Shown: positions 50,527 to 63,699, numbered from the stretch's first letter. The stretch: 64,000 bases of DNA from Tubiluchus corallicola (GCA_030141605.1 JAQGDQ010000208.1:186001-250000); one strand, 5' to 3'. The notes: generated by a model from the sequence alone, not told the origin. A program made the numbers and translations.

Positions 50527-53500
50527 ATGTTGTTGCTGAATTCATTGGTATTATTCGCATTAGTGCTTCCAGACTTTTCTGGCACAGCACCACAGCGAAA
50601 TGAGGCATTTCCGGAAACGTCTTCCTGCTCCGGACTCAGCGTCTTGGCGTGGAATATCCAGATTCTAGGCCAGAAAAAAATGGACAATGCTACAATTATA
50701 AATATAATCACCAAGGTAAATGTCTTTATAGTTTGGTATTTGAAACAACAGGACATACATATACGCACGCACACACACCTGCACACACACAGGACGCACC
50801 CGTTGATGTTTTTATTGAAACAGTTAAGTTTGATGGTAATACGGAAATAATTTTCTAGTAAAGAATTTCACATTATTATAAGGGTATCAGGAAAGTGCTT
50901 GATTTAAAACTAAGCAGCTTAGCATCTAGAGATGCCAAAACTAGAATGCAATGCTAGTTAGGGTACCTTGATATCGGTATACTTTCAGAAATATCATTAT
51001 TAGTAATCTTACTCCTGGGATGTGTGGTCGAGTGGTTTAGACTTCGCACTGCAACAACGAAGTCTTGAGTTCGATGCTAGCGGCTGCAACGCCAGGGTAT
51101 ATATCCTACATGCATTTGTGTGTTACATCCTTACTTGTATTGTTGTAACTTTGTATGTCGCTAGTATAAGTCGCTAAATAGCCGCTAGTGCTAATGTTGT
51201 CTAACAAATGAGCGACGGTAAATAAATCTTGTCTTTGTCTTTTTTCCCTTTTTGCCTTTGTGATAGCGTAGTTTTTTCCATTAAGTTATTGGTTTTGTCA
51301 TAAAGTTGTTTGGTTTTTAGTTTTTTGCACATATCATGACCACGTAATTATAAATTTGTGGGTTTTCTAGTTTTTGCCCTTATTTAAATACACCAAGAGA
51401 AAATAGTTATATTTTTAAGGAAGGCTAATTCTGGAAATAGCTAAATCTAGTAGTCAGCCGATAAATGAAGTTTTACAAAGAGTTACGTTACTTCAATAAG
51501 GTCTTAGCATACAGTAAATTGAATGCGTAAACGATATAAAATCTGAAAGCCTGTTTATTGAGATTTTTGAAAAATGTCTGAAAATTGTCCTTTAGGTTTA
51601 TCCATGGCTTAACTGTTGTCAAGGTAACTGTGTAGCCAAATTTAGGTCGAGCGCTGTACTGCTTACGCATAATTTACTGAAATTTACGCTAATGCTGTCT
51701 CATTTTGTTGCTTTTTATTTTGAATTATATATAATTACTGTTCTATGTCATATTCAGTTTTTTCTTTTTAGGTAATGAAGCAACATGATATCATTTTTGT
51801 TCAGGAAATTCGTGACGTTGAAGAAACTGTACCCGGTCGGCTTTTGGACGCTTTAAAGTAAAACAATTTACTACACATTTTGAATTAGAGTTACTATAGA
51901 GCCACTCAAGTATTTTCTTTACAACAGAAAATTTTGTATTAAATTGGTTATTACACTTCATGTGAATATGGCTGTCAGACAGGGGTGCCTGCAGGTACCA
52001 GTGAGCGCACGTGTTACATTGCGTGTGGCGTGTGGGCGGTCCTTTTCAGTAGATAACAAATAAGGAAAGAATGGCAGTCCATGCTTATTCTATGCATTAA
52101 TTGCGCCCCTCTTGAAAATTCTAGGTGCGCCTAGAATATAAAAGTATATGTAGTTGTTCAACGAGCTCTCAATCTGTACGTCATTTATTATTTGAATTTA
52201 CAGTGTTTGTAACAGATGGACTCAATTGACACCTTTTTCTGTTCATAATACGAAAATCGAGCTTTACCTGACACGTTACAGCACTTTTATGACTTGCACG
52301 TAATCACCTTGTGAATTTCCAGCTGGTACACTACAGTAAATTACCAATTATATTATGTAAATCTGTAGTTGCATCCAGAGTCCAGACTTTTGGATGTCTA
52401 AATCGGAAGAAGGTCAAAAGTAGGAAATTAAACTATTCTGAAAGCAATTTCGGAAACTGATTGGCACAGGCGAGAAATAAACCAAAAAGATGATACTTAA
52501 TTTCACTGTATTAATGTGCTAATTAAACTGTTTAATTTTTTTAGTGGTGCCTACGGAAGTACTGCTTATAGTTTCATCGCCAGCCCCCGTCTTGGTTCGA
52601 CCTTTTCAAAAGAGCAATATGCCATCTACTACAGGTATACTAGTAGTCGTCATTTTATCATTCTCAGGTTTGTTTATGGCGGTCAAAAGAGTGTTACGCT
52701 TACAGGTGTTTTTGATTGATGCCTTAACCAGATCTTTGGACTTATTTGTTTTACTGTTTAGGAGCTACATATTAAGAAGAAAAAAATTTGGGCAACAGTT
52801 ATTGATTGACAAGACAGAAACCCACTGAAGGGAAGTGCTTTGAATGAATTCCTTGAATGAATTCTGTTGAAAGCAAAGTTACTGCAAATAGAGCCCTATT
52901 AAAAAACTGTACACTGAAGTAATTGTAGAAAAAATAGAACACGTTTTGGCCAGGAAAACAGCTGTGTGGTCTTGATGTGTGCTTACCGACCAAATTTGAG
53001 CAACATGTAGCCTGATCAGCAAATGGATGGGTGATTGCCTTGAAAACTGCATCTGGGCAGATTTTTTGCTATGCTGCGGCGAGTGCTCTTAACTATCCAT
53101 CTCGATAAGGGAAACGTACAAGACTGAGCATGGCCAAGATACCTATGCCGGTTCCGCGACGCACTGAAAGAAGATTGTGATAATGATATAGTTTCTGCCA
53201 GACTGTTGAATGCTGGATGCCAGCTTACACAGTATTTTAATAAGTTTATGTAGTTGAAAAATATTGAAAAATATTTTTAATGTATATATTTCAATAAATA
53301 TATAGTGAAAAATATTCCTAATGTTATTGGAAATGTGAATTTAGCCGAATTATGAAATGCGTTGCGTCTTTGTTATACAGGACAGACAAGGGAAGGATTA
53401 TGGATCATCACATTTACAATGATGCTGATGATAAATTTGAGAGGCCACCAATAATTGCACGTTTTAGAGCCAGTTCAGCAGCCAGCAGTATGTTTTACTG

Positions 53501-56177
53501 AACTAGCTTTTTGCCTGTTTTTTGCTATTGTTAATTAATGCCTTTATTAGTTGAGCACAGATCTACAGACAGTATTCATGGCTCCATGCTTTGTAAATTA
53601 GCATTAGATATGTTAACACCATAAGGAAGTATATGTTGAAATCTACGTAGGTATCCACCTGTTCATTTTTTAATTAGAAACAGTATATTGTAGAGACAGA
53701 AGATCATTCTATTCTTTAAGAAAAGCTGCAGTTTTGTATGTCATTTCAGCTTTTCTTTCATACGCCACGTATTCAGATCATCTAATGTTCTCACGCATTT
53801 GCTATTTGTCTGTTTCTTTATGCTCTAGATGTTTTGCGTGAGTTCTTTTTTGCCGGAATACATGCGAAACCAGGTAATGCAAAAGAAGAAATTGATGCAT
53901 TAGTTGATGTCTTTGATACTGAATCCTGTCAATATGGTGAAACGGTAAGCCGAGGATGAATTTAGATAGAGACTTGTTGAAATGTTTATTTGAAATTTTT
54001 TTCAGGTTGTGAAGTTTACGTTTTCTTTATCTTAGCAGATTCACCACAGTAGTGAAAAAACACCTGCGGTTCATGTGATTTTACTACACGTTATTTTATC
54101 ATTGTTTCTAGGTATTGTTATGTTGAGACATCGATAATCGTTAACTGAGGTTGGACGATTGGTCCATTGATGGTAGTCGCGGTAATTAAGGGAGCTCCAA
54201 GTTAAGGCAACTTCAATGCCAATTCATATAAAATCATCATTCCTACAGTTTTTCCTCTGGATGAATTTATTGGCGCTGTCGCCTAATATTTTGCATACAT
54301 GCAGAGATTAGTCTACACTGCTAGCTTTTTCAGTAGACACCAATCAGTGTTAAATAGTCAATGGTTAAACACTTGTTAGCGTTTCTAATTACTGAGAACT
54401 ACTTTAGCACCTTGAAAATGTCTCTATTCAAAATACACTCACCAATGATATGTATGCATCACATCACACAGCTGTTTTTTGCAGAATGCAATTCTGATGG
54501 GTGATTTCAATGCTGATTGCACCTACGTGTGTCAGAGTTGTTGGGATACCATTCGCCTTCGCACTGAGGAGCGATTTCACTGGCCCATTGCTGACAATGC
54601 TGATACAACCACGACTAATTCAAACTGTGCGTATGATAGGTACGTATGTCAGCGTCTAAATTTGACATCATATTGTTTTTTTTGTAACATTCATTTCGTT
54701 TCTTGTTGGGCTTACGTTTGCTTATGTATAAAAATAATTACTGTTGTGAATTTGGATTAACGTTAAGATTTTTGAATTAAAATTTTATTCTCTTAACACA
54801 TTGGTTGTTATCATCTTTAAGTTACGCCAAACTTTTTTATTATGTTACATCGAACAAAATTATAATTGGCATTTTATTGCCTGGGCTTAACTTATGAAAA
54901 CTATATGTTAGATGCAACGGATTTGTTTTGCACATAATTTTTAAGTAACAATGCTCCTAATGAATCCTCCGGCAAGCATCCTAATGAAATATATAAAAAT
55001 AGATTTTGGTTTTTCCTGGGCTTAAACAAAGTTAAGTTTTATGAATTTTGGTGCTCGTATTTAGTTCTACCAATGCATTTACCATTAGACAAATACTTTT
55101 CTTTTTAAACTTGATATTGAACGTAATATTGGTTTATGCATTTGCACTCTTTTCATTCAGTTCATTCATGCACAAGCATGAAGTACACATTCATTTATGC
55201 ATAAGTATCTAACTTATATTAATTCTGTGGCGTCTGTATGTATAACCTATAACACATAGCGCATTTCATCTAAAAGTTGTTATTTCTTACCCGTCTTTTT
55301 TCCAAAACATACTTCTTATTTTTAGACAATATGCGGAGTTAGTGCCGACAGCGTTCATCAGTGGGTGTAGTAATGATATTTATATTTCAACGTAGGCTTG
55401 CGGTGTGCAAATATCTTGTACAAATATCAGTCATATTTTTTCATGTTTCAGATTTGTCTATATTGGTAATGAAGTGATTAATACCTTCGATAGAGCAGAA
55501 ATAGTTGACTACCAGGAAATGTATGGATTGAGTGACGAACTGGTATGAACTGCTTTTGCTTTATTAAGTTAACGTTGTGTGATGTGCAAACTATCTCAGA
55601 TGATATGAATAACAAAAACATAAAAAGGTGTTTTAACAAGGTGTCTTAAAAGAACTATTGATATTTGACATAATTATCACATGGTAATACCATTTGGATG
55701 TTTATACACATCTAGGCAATGAAAAACTTATGTCTTAATTTAAAATCACTCTTCTTTACATTTACTAATGTCTTGCATTAATTTGTATCCCCAAATTAAT
55801 AAAAGTCGTCTGCGTTTAGCCAATTTTTATTGCATTTAACTTAGCCAAGGCTATAATTAGCTCATTTGTTTAGATGCTTGAATACAACAGTTGCAACTTC
55901 AAGTCTTATGCTGAAAAAACTACAGTATATAGTTCAAAGTTCATATCTATAATATACATGATCAGGGAACAAATGTGTAAAGTCGTTCAAATGTAAAAAA
56001 AACTTTTTCGTAAGTAAATGCTACGTACTTAAAAGATAGCCGGTTTCAGGCCTTTCATGTTTCGATATCTTGCGAACATTTGGCTCAAACAAGTAATTGT
56101 TTTTTCAGACACAAGATGTGAGTGATCATTATCCAATTAGAATGGTGATCAGATGTCAGGATGTTAGTTTGGATTAA
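50527..56177 (+). CDS. Deoxyribonuclease I-family protein, copy B (about 300 aa; signal peptide, no hydrophobic tail, predicted secreted)
   Basis: Exons 50527-50715, 51772-51857, 52545-52634, 53381-53487, 53829-53944, 54485-54639, 55452-55542, 56109-56177. Exons 1-7 have the same lengths and phases as copy A. All catalytic motifs intact (QEIRD, GIHAKP, GDFNA, AYDR, SDHYP). Ends ..IRCQDVSLD*. Confidence 0.93.
51017..51240 (+). mobile_element. tRNA-derived SINE in the first coding intron of DNase copy B
   Basis: Pol III A-box TGGTCGAGTGG and B-box-like GAGTTCGATGC at tRNA spacing, then a non-tRNA body and a simple-repeat tail (tcttgtctttgtctt). No clean cloverleaf. Confidence 0.6.
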
Positions 56178-56593
56178 CCTGGAAACAATGCTTCTACATT
56201 TTTCGCATCTTTTGCTTTGTGATTTATGCCACTATTCCATGGCTTTTAGGAATCTTTTAGAATTTCAGTACAGTAATGGCCTTTTAAAAGGTAACTGTCA
56301 GCATCTAATTGCAGAATGTTAGAGTAAAATGCCATATCACAATATCAGCCTACGTTTTTTGGCAAATTTAATGTAACATCATGTGAGAAATTTTGCAGTT
56401 TTGAATTTTTGGCATAAACCACAAAAGCAATGTAAAAGTGACAACTACCCAAGGTCTACTTTTACAAAGCCGTCACTAACTAAACGTCATCATTAACAAT
56501 TTTGCGATTGTAATAAAGACGTCGTTAATTTATAGCGAAGTCATTGTGAAAACGGCCCCAAATATTTTCATTTAGAAATCAAAAAGTCTCTAT

Positions 56594-57837
56594 CGTCGTC
56601 GTCGTCGTCGGCTTTCACTCGTTTCCGAGTATTGTCCTTTCGGTCGAAGTTACTAGCTGTGGTGGGCACGTTGGTGGCTTAACAGCCCGATCCTTGCTCG
56701 AAACATTCTGGTGCATTTGTCACATTGGATGGTGGGAGTTACCTGAGGTTGACGGGCCTTCTCTTTCCTTCGTTGACATTTGGCTTCAATTGCTGCTCGT
56801 CTGGTTGTTTCAAAATGCTCAGTCCCTTCCTGGATGACTCTTCTCCACTTTGTTCGCTGCCGCGCTGTCTGCTCCCAGGTTTCTGGATCGATCCTTGCTG
56901 ATTGCAGGGTTTCTTTTAGTTGGTCCTTGTAGCGGCGCCTAGGGCGGCCCAGGGGGCGTTTTCCAGTGCTCAGCTCACTGAAGAGGATCCTTCGGGGAAG
57001 TCTGTTTTCGTCCATACGTGCTACATGACCTGCCCACCTTAGCCGATGTTTCGTAATCATAGCTTCTATACTAGTGGTGTTGAATCTCTCGAGAACTGAA
57101 TTATTGGTGACATAATCATCCCATCTGATGTTGGAAACTGAGCGAAGCTTTTTCTGGTGGAACTGTTCGAGTTTTTTCAGGTCTTGGCGGTACAGAGTCC
57201 ATGTTTCACATCCGTAAAGGAGTGTGGAAACGACAATAGCATTATAGACCATCAGCTTGGTTCGACGAGTTAGATGAGCATTACCAAAGACACGGGTTGA
57301 GAGTCTGCCGAAAGCGGCATGGGCAGCTCTAAGCCTATTTTCCACATCCTTTGTTGAGTTGCACTGGACGGAGAGTAGACTGCCCAGGTACGGGAAATGT
57401 TCAACACATTCTAGATCTGCACCATTAATGGAAATGTTACATACTGGTGTGTCTGCTTCAGGTGATGGTTGGACAATAACTTTGGTTTTTCCTATGTTGA
57501 CTGTAAGGCCAAAGCGAGAATATGCGTCACAGAAGTTGCTGACTGATTGTTGCAGGTGATTGGCTGAGTGGGCTGGTGCCGCATTATCATCCGCATATTG
57601 CAGCTCTGTCACTCTGAAGGTTGTGGTGCGGTTCCTGGCTCGAAAACGCGACAGATTGAAGAGCCCCCCATCAAAGCGGCATCTCAATTCCACCCCTGGA
57701 TTGTCTGGTGGAAGGTCATGAAGCATAGCAGTGAGATAGAGTGAAAAGAGCGTTGGTGCGAGGACACAGCCTTGTTTTAGTCCACAAGTGATTGGGAACT
57801 CTTCTGAGATAGTGTTTCTATAGTGAAACTATAGTGA
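56594..57837 (-). mobile_element. 5'-truncated RTE-clade (BovB-like) LINE, young insertion
   Basis: 13-bp TSD AAAAAGTCTCTAT at 56581-56593 and 57838-57850; (GAC)n 3' tail at 56594-56610; uninterrupted RT frame; empty site visible in the paralogous region at about 44221-44260. Confidence 0.93.
56653..57815 (-). CDS. C-terminal part of RTE LINE reverse transcriptase ORF (truncated at the 5' end)
   Basis: GLKQGCVLAPTLFSLY, LQYADD, FPYLGS, LLYGCETWT, RLRWAGHVARM, and a terminal C2H2-like CDKC..HQRAH; no stops. Confidence 0.9.
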
Positions 57838-58676
57838 AAAAAGTCTCTATAATGCTTTTTAAAGTGCCGTGCTTTACTTTCGTGTGATTATTTTCTGATG
57901 ATTTATACAGATTTCGTAGATAGTATAATATTACTATTTGATATGCCATTATGTTAATATAATCATGTAAAGCGGCAAAGCCGGACATGTGAGTATTACA
58001 TACTTTTGGCAGAAACTGATTATTTCAATGAAAATATAAGGTCCTTTTCACAGAGTGCTGTTGTAAAGAAGGGACATTTTGGAAATCAACATTATCATTT
58101 CAAGTAAATTTAACGAAGTAAATATGGTGTGTAACCATTTTTTTTTTAATTTTAAAGGGGCAAATATGTCATGTCATAATATCAAATATATCATAATTAC
58201 CACAATACATATATCGTAATATGGAAAACCTAACGCAATATGTTGCAGTGCAAAAATCGTATTCAATACCCAGCATAATTGTACTACTATAAAGTTATAG
58301 TATATAGTTGCATGCAAGCCTTTTCGCAATGAAAAATTACGATATTGTAAAAATGGCTAAATAATCTCCACATTGTGGAAACAGGTTATGTCAGTCACTC
58401 AATCAGCCTGGTCTTTTTAAAAACAGGCTCTGTATGCTTAAAATATATTTATACAGTTGGTGCATAATTTATTGTTGAGATGTACATGTATTATATTAAG
58501 TATGTTTTGTATGGTTGTGCGTAATACTATTTAAAATGTACATGCTTAGCAAGCTAGATGACGAGCTTACTAATCTAAAAGTGACAATTGGAAGATTATT
58601 CTTGTTTGTAATTGCTGTATCCAGTATGCGGTAATTTTTCGTAATTAATGGTTATAATTTACTTGTTTTTAGCTCT

Positions 58677-58709
<33 letters not shown>

Positions 58710-59461
58710 GTGTGTATATATTTCTATAATATATATATATTATATAAATGTATATACACATATACACATATAAATCCGTCTTCATATGCATTGTCTTTAA
58801 TTGCAGAAATAAGTTTTGTCTCTTTCTTATACAACTACTGGATCCAAATTCCGCAAATAATATTTTCACATTCTAAATGAAGTCTAACCAGCGACTGATA
58901 GAAGAGTAGTAAACCCTCAAGTCCCTGAGATTTGTAGAGATTTAGCTTCTCCAGTTTAGCTTTTTAACTGCATCTTCACTAATAATATAAGTGATATAAA
59001 GATTCTCCATATCCGATTTCTATGTTTAGTATTATTATTTGTACACGTAAAAACATTACTGGAAAACTTATGCAAAGTTTTCTGCTTCCTGGCATGCTCT
59101 TCGACAAGGTCTCTATTTTGGCAATGGGCGGTCAAATGATCATCAGACAAATGATTACGAGTTAAAAGATCAGCAGTGAAAGGACCACCGGTCAAAGGAC
59201 CACCACGAATAAAGGACCTTCAGTCAAAAAACCACCTTCAACACTTTTAAAGTGGTCAAAGGACTACCTGTCAGGAGATGGATATGAGCGGCGGAAGTGC
59301 TCATAGCAGCTTGAGCAAAATTGCAACTTTTACTCATCGTTAGTATTTTATTTATTTTAACAAAGCGTGACTGATAATTTTTGGCAATAATAATAATGAT
59401 TGATAAATGTCTTGCATTTTTCATTTTATTTTTGTTTAGAACTTACTTTGTACATTAGGGG

Positions 59462-60930
59462 ATGTATAGTAAGGTTGGGATAGTAAACGAAATGTTAAAA
59501 TCTGGGAATACCATTTTAACTTCAGTCTTTGCGGCTTATTTTAACTCACTATATTCATTTGGAAAATTCCCAAAAGCTTTGGCTGATTGTGTAATTGGCC
59601 GATCTATAAAAAAGGTGACCAAACCGATCCTGCGTATTACAGTGGTATCTCTATTAAGCAACTGCCTAGGTAAATTGTTTTGCAAAATTTTATGTACTAG
59701 GTTAGAGACTAACATACAAAGTCGAAATAGAATTAACGAGAAACAAATTGGTTTTAAAAGGGCGACCCAAACATTCGACCACATATTACACTTAAACAAT
59801 AATTATTGCATGTAAATGTATGCAACAAACTCCGAGAAAGTACTTGCCTTATCGATTTATAATTTGCATTCGATACCATTTATAGACCTTTCAAGTTTTA
59901 TAAATGACTAAAGTATGACGCAGGAACAAAATTTTTTAGTATTGTTAAAAATATGTCTGGCTCTATTCAGGGTCGTATTAACCAATAGGCATATAATCCA
60001 GGGCGCCAAAGTTTGAATGGCGTCCCATCTTCTCCTCGGAAAATGTTTATACTTTCATATTCATGTATGGGCGCATTTTATAATACACCGCAGGCAGTTA
60101 CTGAGGGCAGACTTTATATATGTGCCACATAACAAACAGGTGCAGGGTTTTGCACAACAAGCATTTCACATTAGCTGTCGGAAGAAATACTGTTAATAAT
60201 TCCGTCTGTGGTGAACTGGGTCGCTATCCACTTTATATTGAAATAATACTAAAAACTCTAAAATACTGAATACGGCTATTGCCAATCCAAATGACACACT
60301 AATATTTATCAAACTTATCAAGAAAACTTTTATCTTGTTAATAACCTTTGTAAAAACATTCTACATCACATTGATTTCTCTCATCTCTGGGAAAACCATT
60401 GCGTAAAGCATGAAGCCCAGTTCATTCTTGCAGTAAAATTCAAGCTACAAGCGGCCTTCGACGGTTTTTGGAAGTATAACATTACAAAAGAAACAGGCAA
60501 GAATGACAAGGAAAACAATAAGTTGCGCACTTATTGCAGGTTTAAATCAGAATTTAAGCAAGAAAACTATTTACGTTTTATAAGCAACAAATGTGAAAAA
60601 ATCATGTTCACAAAGCTGCGAATAAGTGCGCATAACTTACATATAGAAAAAGGACGCACCAACAGCCTAAAGTCCCTGTGGAATTGAGAATCTGTCAGCA
60701 TTTTTGTGACAGCCAACACGTAGAAGACAAAATTCATTTTTTGTCTTATTGCTCCTTCTACAACCGGTTAAGACAATCTTTTTATTCTGATATAGCAAGC
60801 ATTAATTTCATTAACTTGAATAATAACGAAAAGCTGAAATTCACAATATTGGGTAATGACTGCGATATAACCAAAATAGTCGCCCATTGCATTTTTGAGT
60901 ATCTTAAAAAGGATAAATAGTAGTAACATG
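59462..60930 (+). mobile_element. Heavily decayed LINE (RTEX-like), internally deleted or interrupted
   Basis: GIVNEMLK, SLLSNCLGKLFCKILCTRL, QIGFK..DHI at 59462-59815; NKLRTYCRFKSEFKQENYL, KLRISAHNLHIEKGR, RICQHFC..VEDKIHFLSYCSFY at about 60510-60790. Confidence 0.8.
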
Positions 60931-61072
60931 TAAATATTGATAATAATATTTATTATTTTTTCATGATACGCCAAATGTGTCTATGCTAAAATAACATACA
61001 TTTATTGTTTGTTATGTGTTTTTGCTACTGTAACAGTTAGTGTTGTGTTAGAGATAGCGTCAGCATTTTCAA

Positions 61073-61844
61073 AATTTTAAAAAGAAGACAGTCACAAGTC
61101 ATTTGACGTCATTGGGAAATGCTTTACTGTTTGCCCGCTCGTTACAAAGACGGTGTGAAACGTGTAACTCCTCCTATATGATCTTAATTAATATCTATCA
61201 GTGGCAGCATCCCGAAACAATGTAGCAGCATCACTGCACAATCACAATATTATAGCTATAATGAATAGCTCTGTTTTGTATTTTTGTATTTTGTTGTTGT
61301 TAAGCTGTATGTATATCATTGTAATGTAGTGCATATGCCAATAATAAAATTCTAAAAATGCTAAAATTCATTAAAAAAGTACATAACAATGTTAGAAAAG
61401 TTAAAACTCTCAAGTGTATATAAGACTAACAGATAAATGACTAATAAATACAGAAGACTAGAACACAAACTAGAAACTTTGAAAAATATTAAGGAAAAGT
61501 TGTTTTTTCCAAGCAAGCTCGAGGATTGAGTTTTTCAGAGAGTTTTTAATAAGAAAACATCGTTCCTTAAAAATTGGCGTTCCTCTAATTAAGGTTGCTA
61601 GCATTTCATATAGGTTTGATAATTTTATTCAAATAACTACTTGTGGTTAATATGCTACGCTTGCGCGCGTTCTGGAATTTTAAGAAGAAGATGGTCACAA
61701 GTCATTTGACGTCATTGGAAAATGCCTTAATGTTTGCCGCTCCTTACAAAGACAGTGTGAAACATGTAACTCCTCCTATATGATTTTAATTAGTGTCTAT
61801 CAGTGACAGGATCCCAAACAATGTAGCAGTATCACTGCACAATC
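61073..61844 (+). repeat. Direct repeat pair of about 170 bp (61073-61242 / 61677-61844)
   Basis: gtcacaagtcatttgacgtcattgg...gtgtgaaac.tgtaactcctcctatatgat...aacaatgtagcag.atcactgcacaatc occurs twice with scattered substitutions. Confidence 0.9.
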
Positions 61845-62710
61845 GAACTTCATGCAGGTGTGCCATTCTTACAAAAACGAGCTGTGTACCGATTTCTTTC
61901 GTTTTGCCGCAACACTTTCGCTTCAAGGGATTACTGCTTTTTGTCTAATATTAATTAGTGAAGAAAAGCTGTTAAACATAGCACTTGACTAGAAACGACT
62001 TGTGAACATTGTTAGCTTGACACATCCGAGCTCCAGGTCACGAAAAGATATACTGATACTAGTTTTTGAATTAACATTTCCAATTTAAATGTCTCATGAA
62101 GTATATTGTATAAATGCATTGTATAAATGTCTATTGTAGCAATATGTGTTTATAAAAACTATTATGTTTCGGCTAGCTGGTAGCCATTGTCTACAGTATA
62201 TCTGTAAAGATACTATTAATTTTTCTAAAGTGTTTTGCTAAATCTAATAAAGTTAAATTTAAAATTGTTTAAACACATAAATAATTTTCAAAATTATGCA
62301 TAAAATGCATAAAAACAGCATTTTTGGCCTAGTGAGTAGAAGGTACATACAAAATAAATACATAAATAAATAACGCAGAAGTTTACATTTGCATGAACTG
62401 AGCATTTATTTTTATTTTGTAGTCATTTTAATTTACCTGCGATCCTTTGTCTTTTCAGGCGAATCTTTGACCAGTGGTCTTTAGTCTAGTGGTCCTTTGA
62501 CTGATGGTCCCTTGACCTACATCCATTTTGGCTCGAGTCTGTAGTTTAGAGTTGCATTATGTCCAAATTACCTTGGGATTTTTCTTAACAATCTTTGCTG
62601 TCATATTAAAAGTTTTTCTGCATGAGATACCTTAATTTCTTAAGTTTCTCATATTTTTTTCTACCATAATAACATATCATTCGTAATCTAATTCATTCTT
62701 TGCTGCTAGC

Positions 62711-62711
<1 letters not shown>

Positions 62712-62744
<33 letters not shown>

Positions 62745-62764
62745 GTAATGATAATAACAACAAC

Positions 62765-62832
<68 letters not shown>
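62712..62832. repeat. (AAT)n microsatellite, interrupted
   Basis: Long trinucleotide run with AAC/AGT/GAT interruptions. Confidence 0.95.
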
Positions 62833-62833
<1 letters not shown>

Positions 62834-63355
62834 TGATTCCATCAGATTTCTTCTTTTTTTAATTTCAATACTTCCTGGTCAACGTACGGTTCTTTATCTT
62901 CTGTTTACGTTTTATGTAGAGAATGCATTAGTAACGTATTCCAGGCTTGCAATATTCCTTGGTTAACAAGAATCGGACACGGCCATCCTGGTCCACATTG
63001 TCAAGTTATATTACATTATTTCTAAATAATTCCATTTATGATAACAAAATAATTTATGTACAATTCAGAATAGCACTTATATAATATTCCAGGAACTAAT
63101 CATACAATATGCCTAGAGAAATATGTTTCCATACGTTAGTTATAACACTAGGACAAAAAAGTTTATCAGAATTTCATAATATAATTATAGTGCTTGCACA
63201 TTTTCTCTCGAGATCTGCACCCAAAGAGCTGCTACTGCTATTTTCCAATGACTGTTAGTGTTAGTCTATTAAAGTATGACTAAGAAAAGTAAATGAACAT
63301 CACGAGTAGCCCACCACAACATGGCTGAGGGAATATATGTTGGCTGCACACGCGT

Positions 63356-63632
63356 AAAGTGGCGTTTATGTAGCATCCGGAATGCGTTCTGCGTTATCCA
63401 CCTACTGAGCAAAAAATCAATAGGAAATGTAATTATACAACTGCAGAACAAGAATAAAGTGGCGTTTATGCAGCATCCGGAATGCGTTTCCACCTGCGAA
63501 AAATCAATAGGAAATAGCTGCAGAAAAAATAACGTATAACGCAGGTCAGATAAATGGATGCATTGAAAACAATAATATAAACCGATTTTATCTATTCCGC
63601 ACCGCCGACAACGCATACGCATTCCGGATGTT
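63356..63632. repeat. Small element with internal direct and inverted repeats (probable MITE remnant)
   Basis: taaagtggcgtttatg.agcatccggaatgcgtt occurs at about 63356 and 63455; inverted cgcattccggatg near 63618-63630. Confidence 0.55.
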
Positions 63633-63699
63633 AGTCATGCTAAATCTTCTTCTTCTTCGGTTGCTCTAAGCATCTATTGTAGACATAGAGCCTCTATCC

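Larger units (their letters stand above)
59123..62524. mobile_element. Foldback-type (MULE- or Merlin-like) non-autonomous DNA element with nested insertions
   Basis: Arrays of a roughly 15-bp motif GGTCAAAGGACCACC at 59130-59270 and inverted at 62465-62520; 8-bp direct flanks ATTTTGGC at 59115-59122 and 62525-62532. Superfamily is inference. Confidence 0.65.

Noticed and set aside
51017-51090. Possible tRNA gene
   Set aside because: A and B boxes are present but the acceptor and T stems do not pair well, and a SINE-like body and tail follow.
56175-56260. Stop-codon readthrough restoring the anchor in DNase copy B
   Set aside because: The stop is TAA in a non-leaky context, and a 1-nt deletion creates an in-frame TGA before the hydrophobic tail is complete.
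59130-59270. CRISPR-like short repeat array
   Set aside because: Repeats are contiguous degenerate 15-mers without unique spacers, in a eukaryotic context with no cas genes; explained as transposon subterminal repeats.
62700-62966. Poly-Ile ORF resembling a transmembrane protein
   Set aside because: Translation of the (AAT)n microsatellite.
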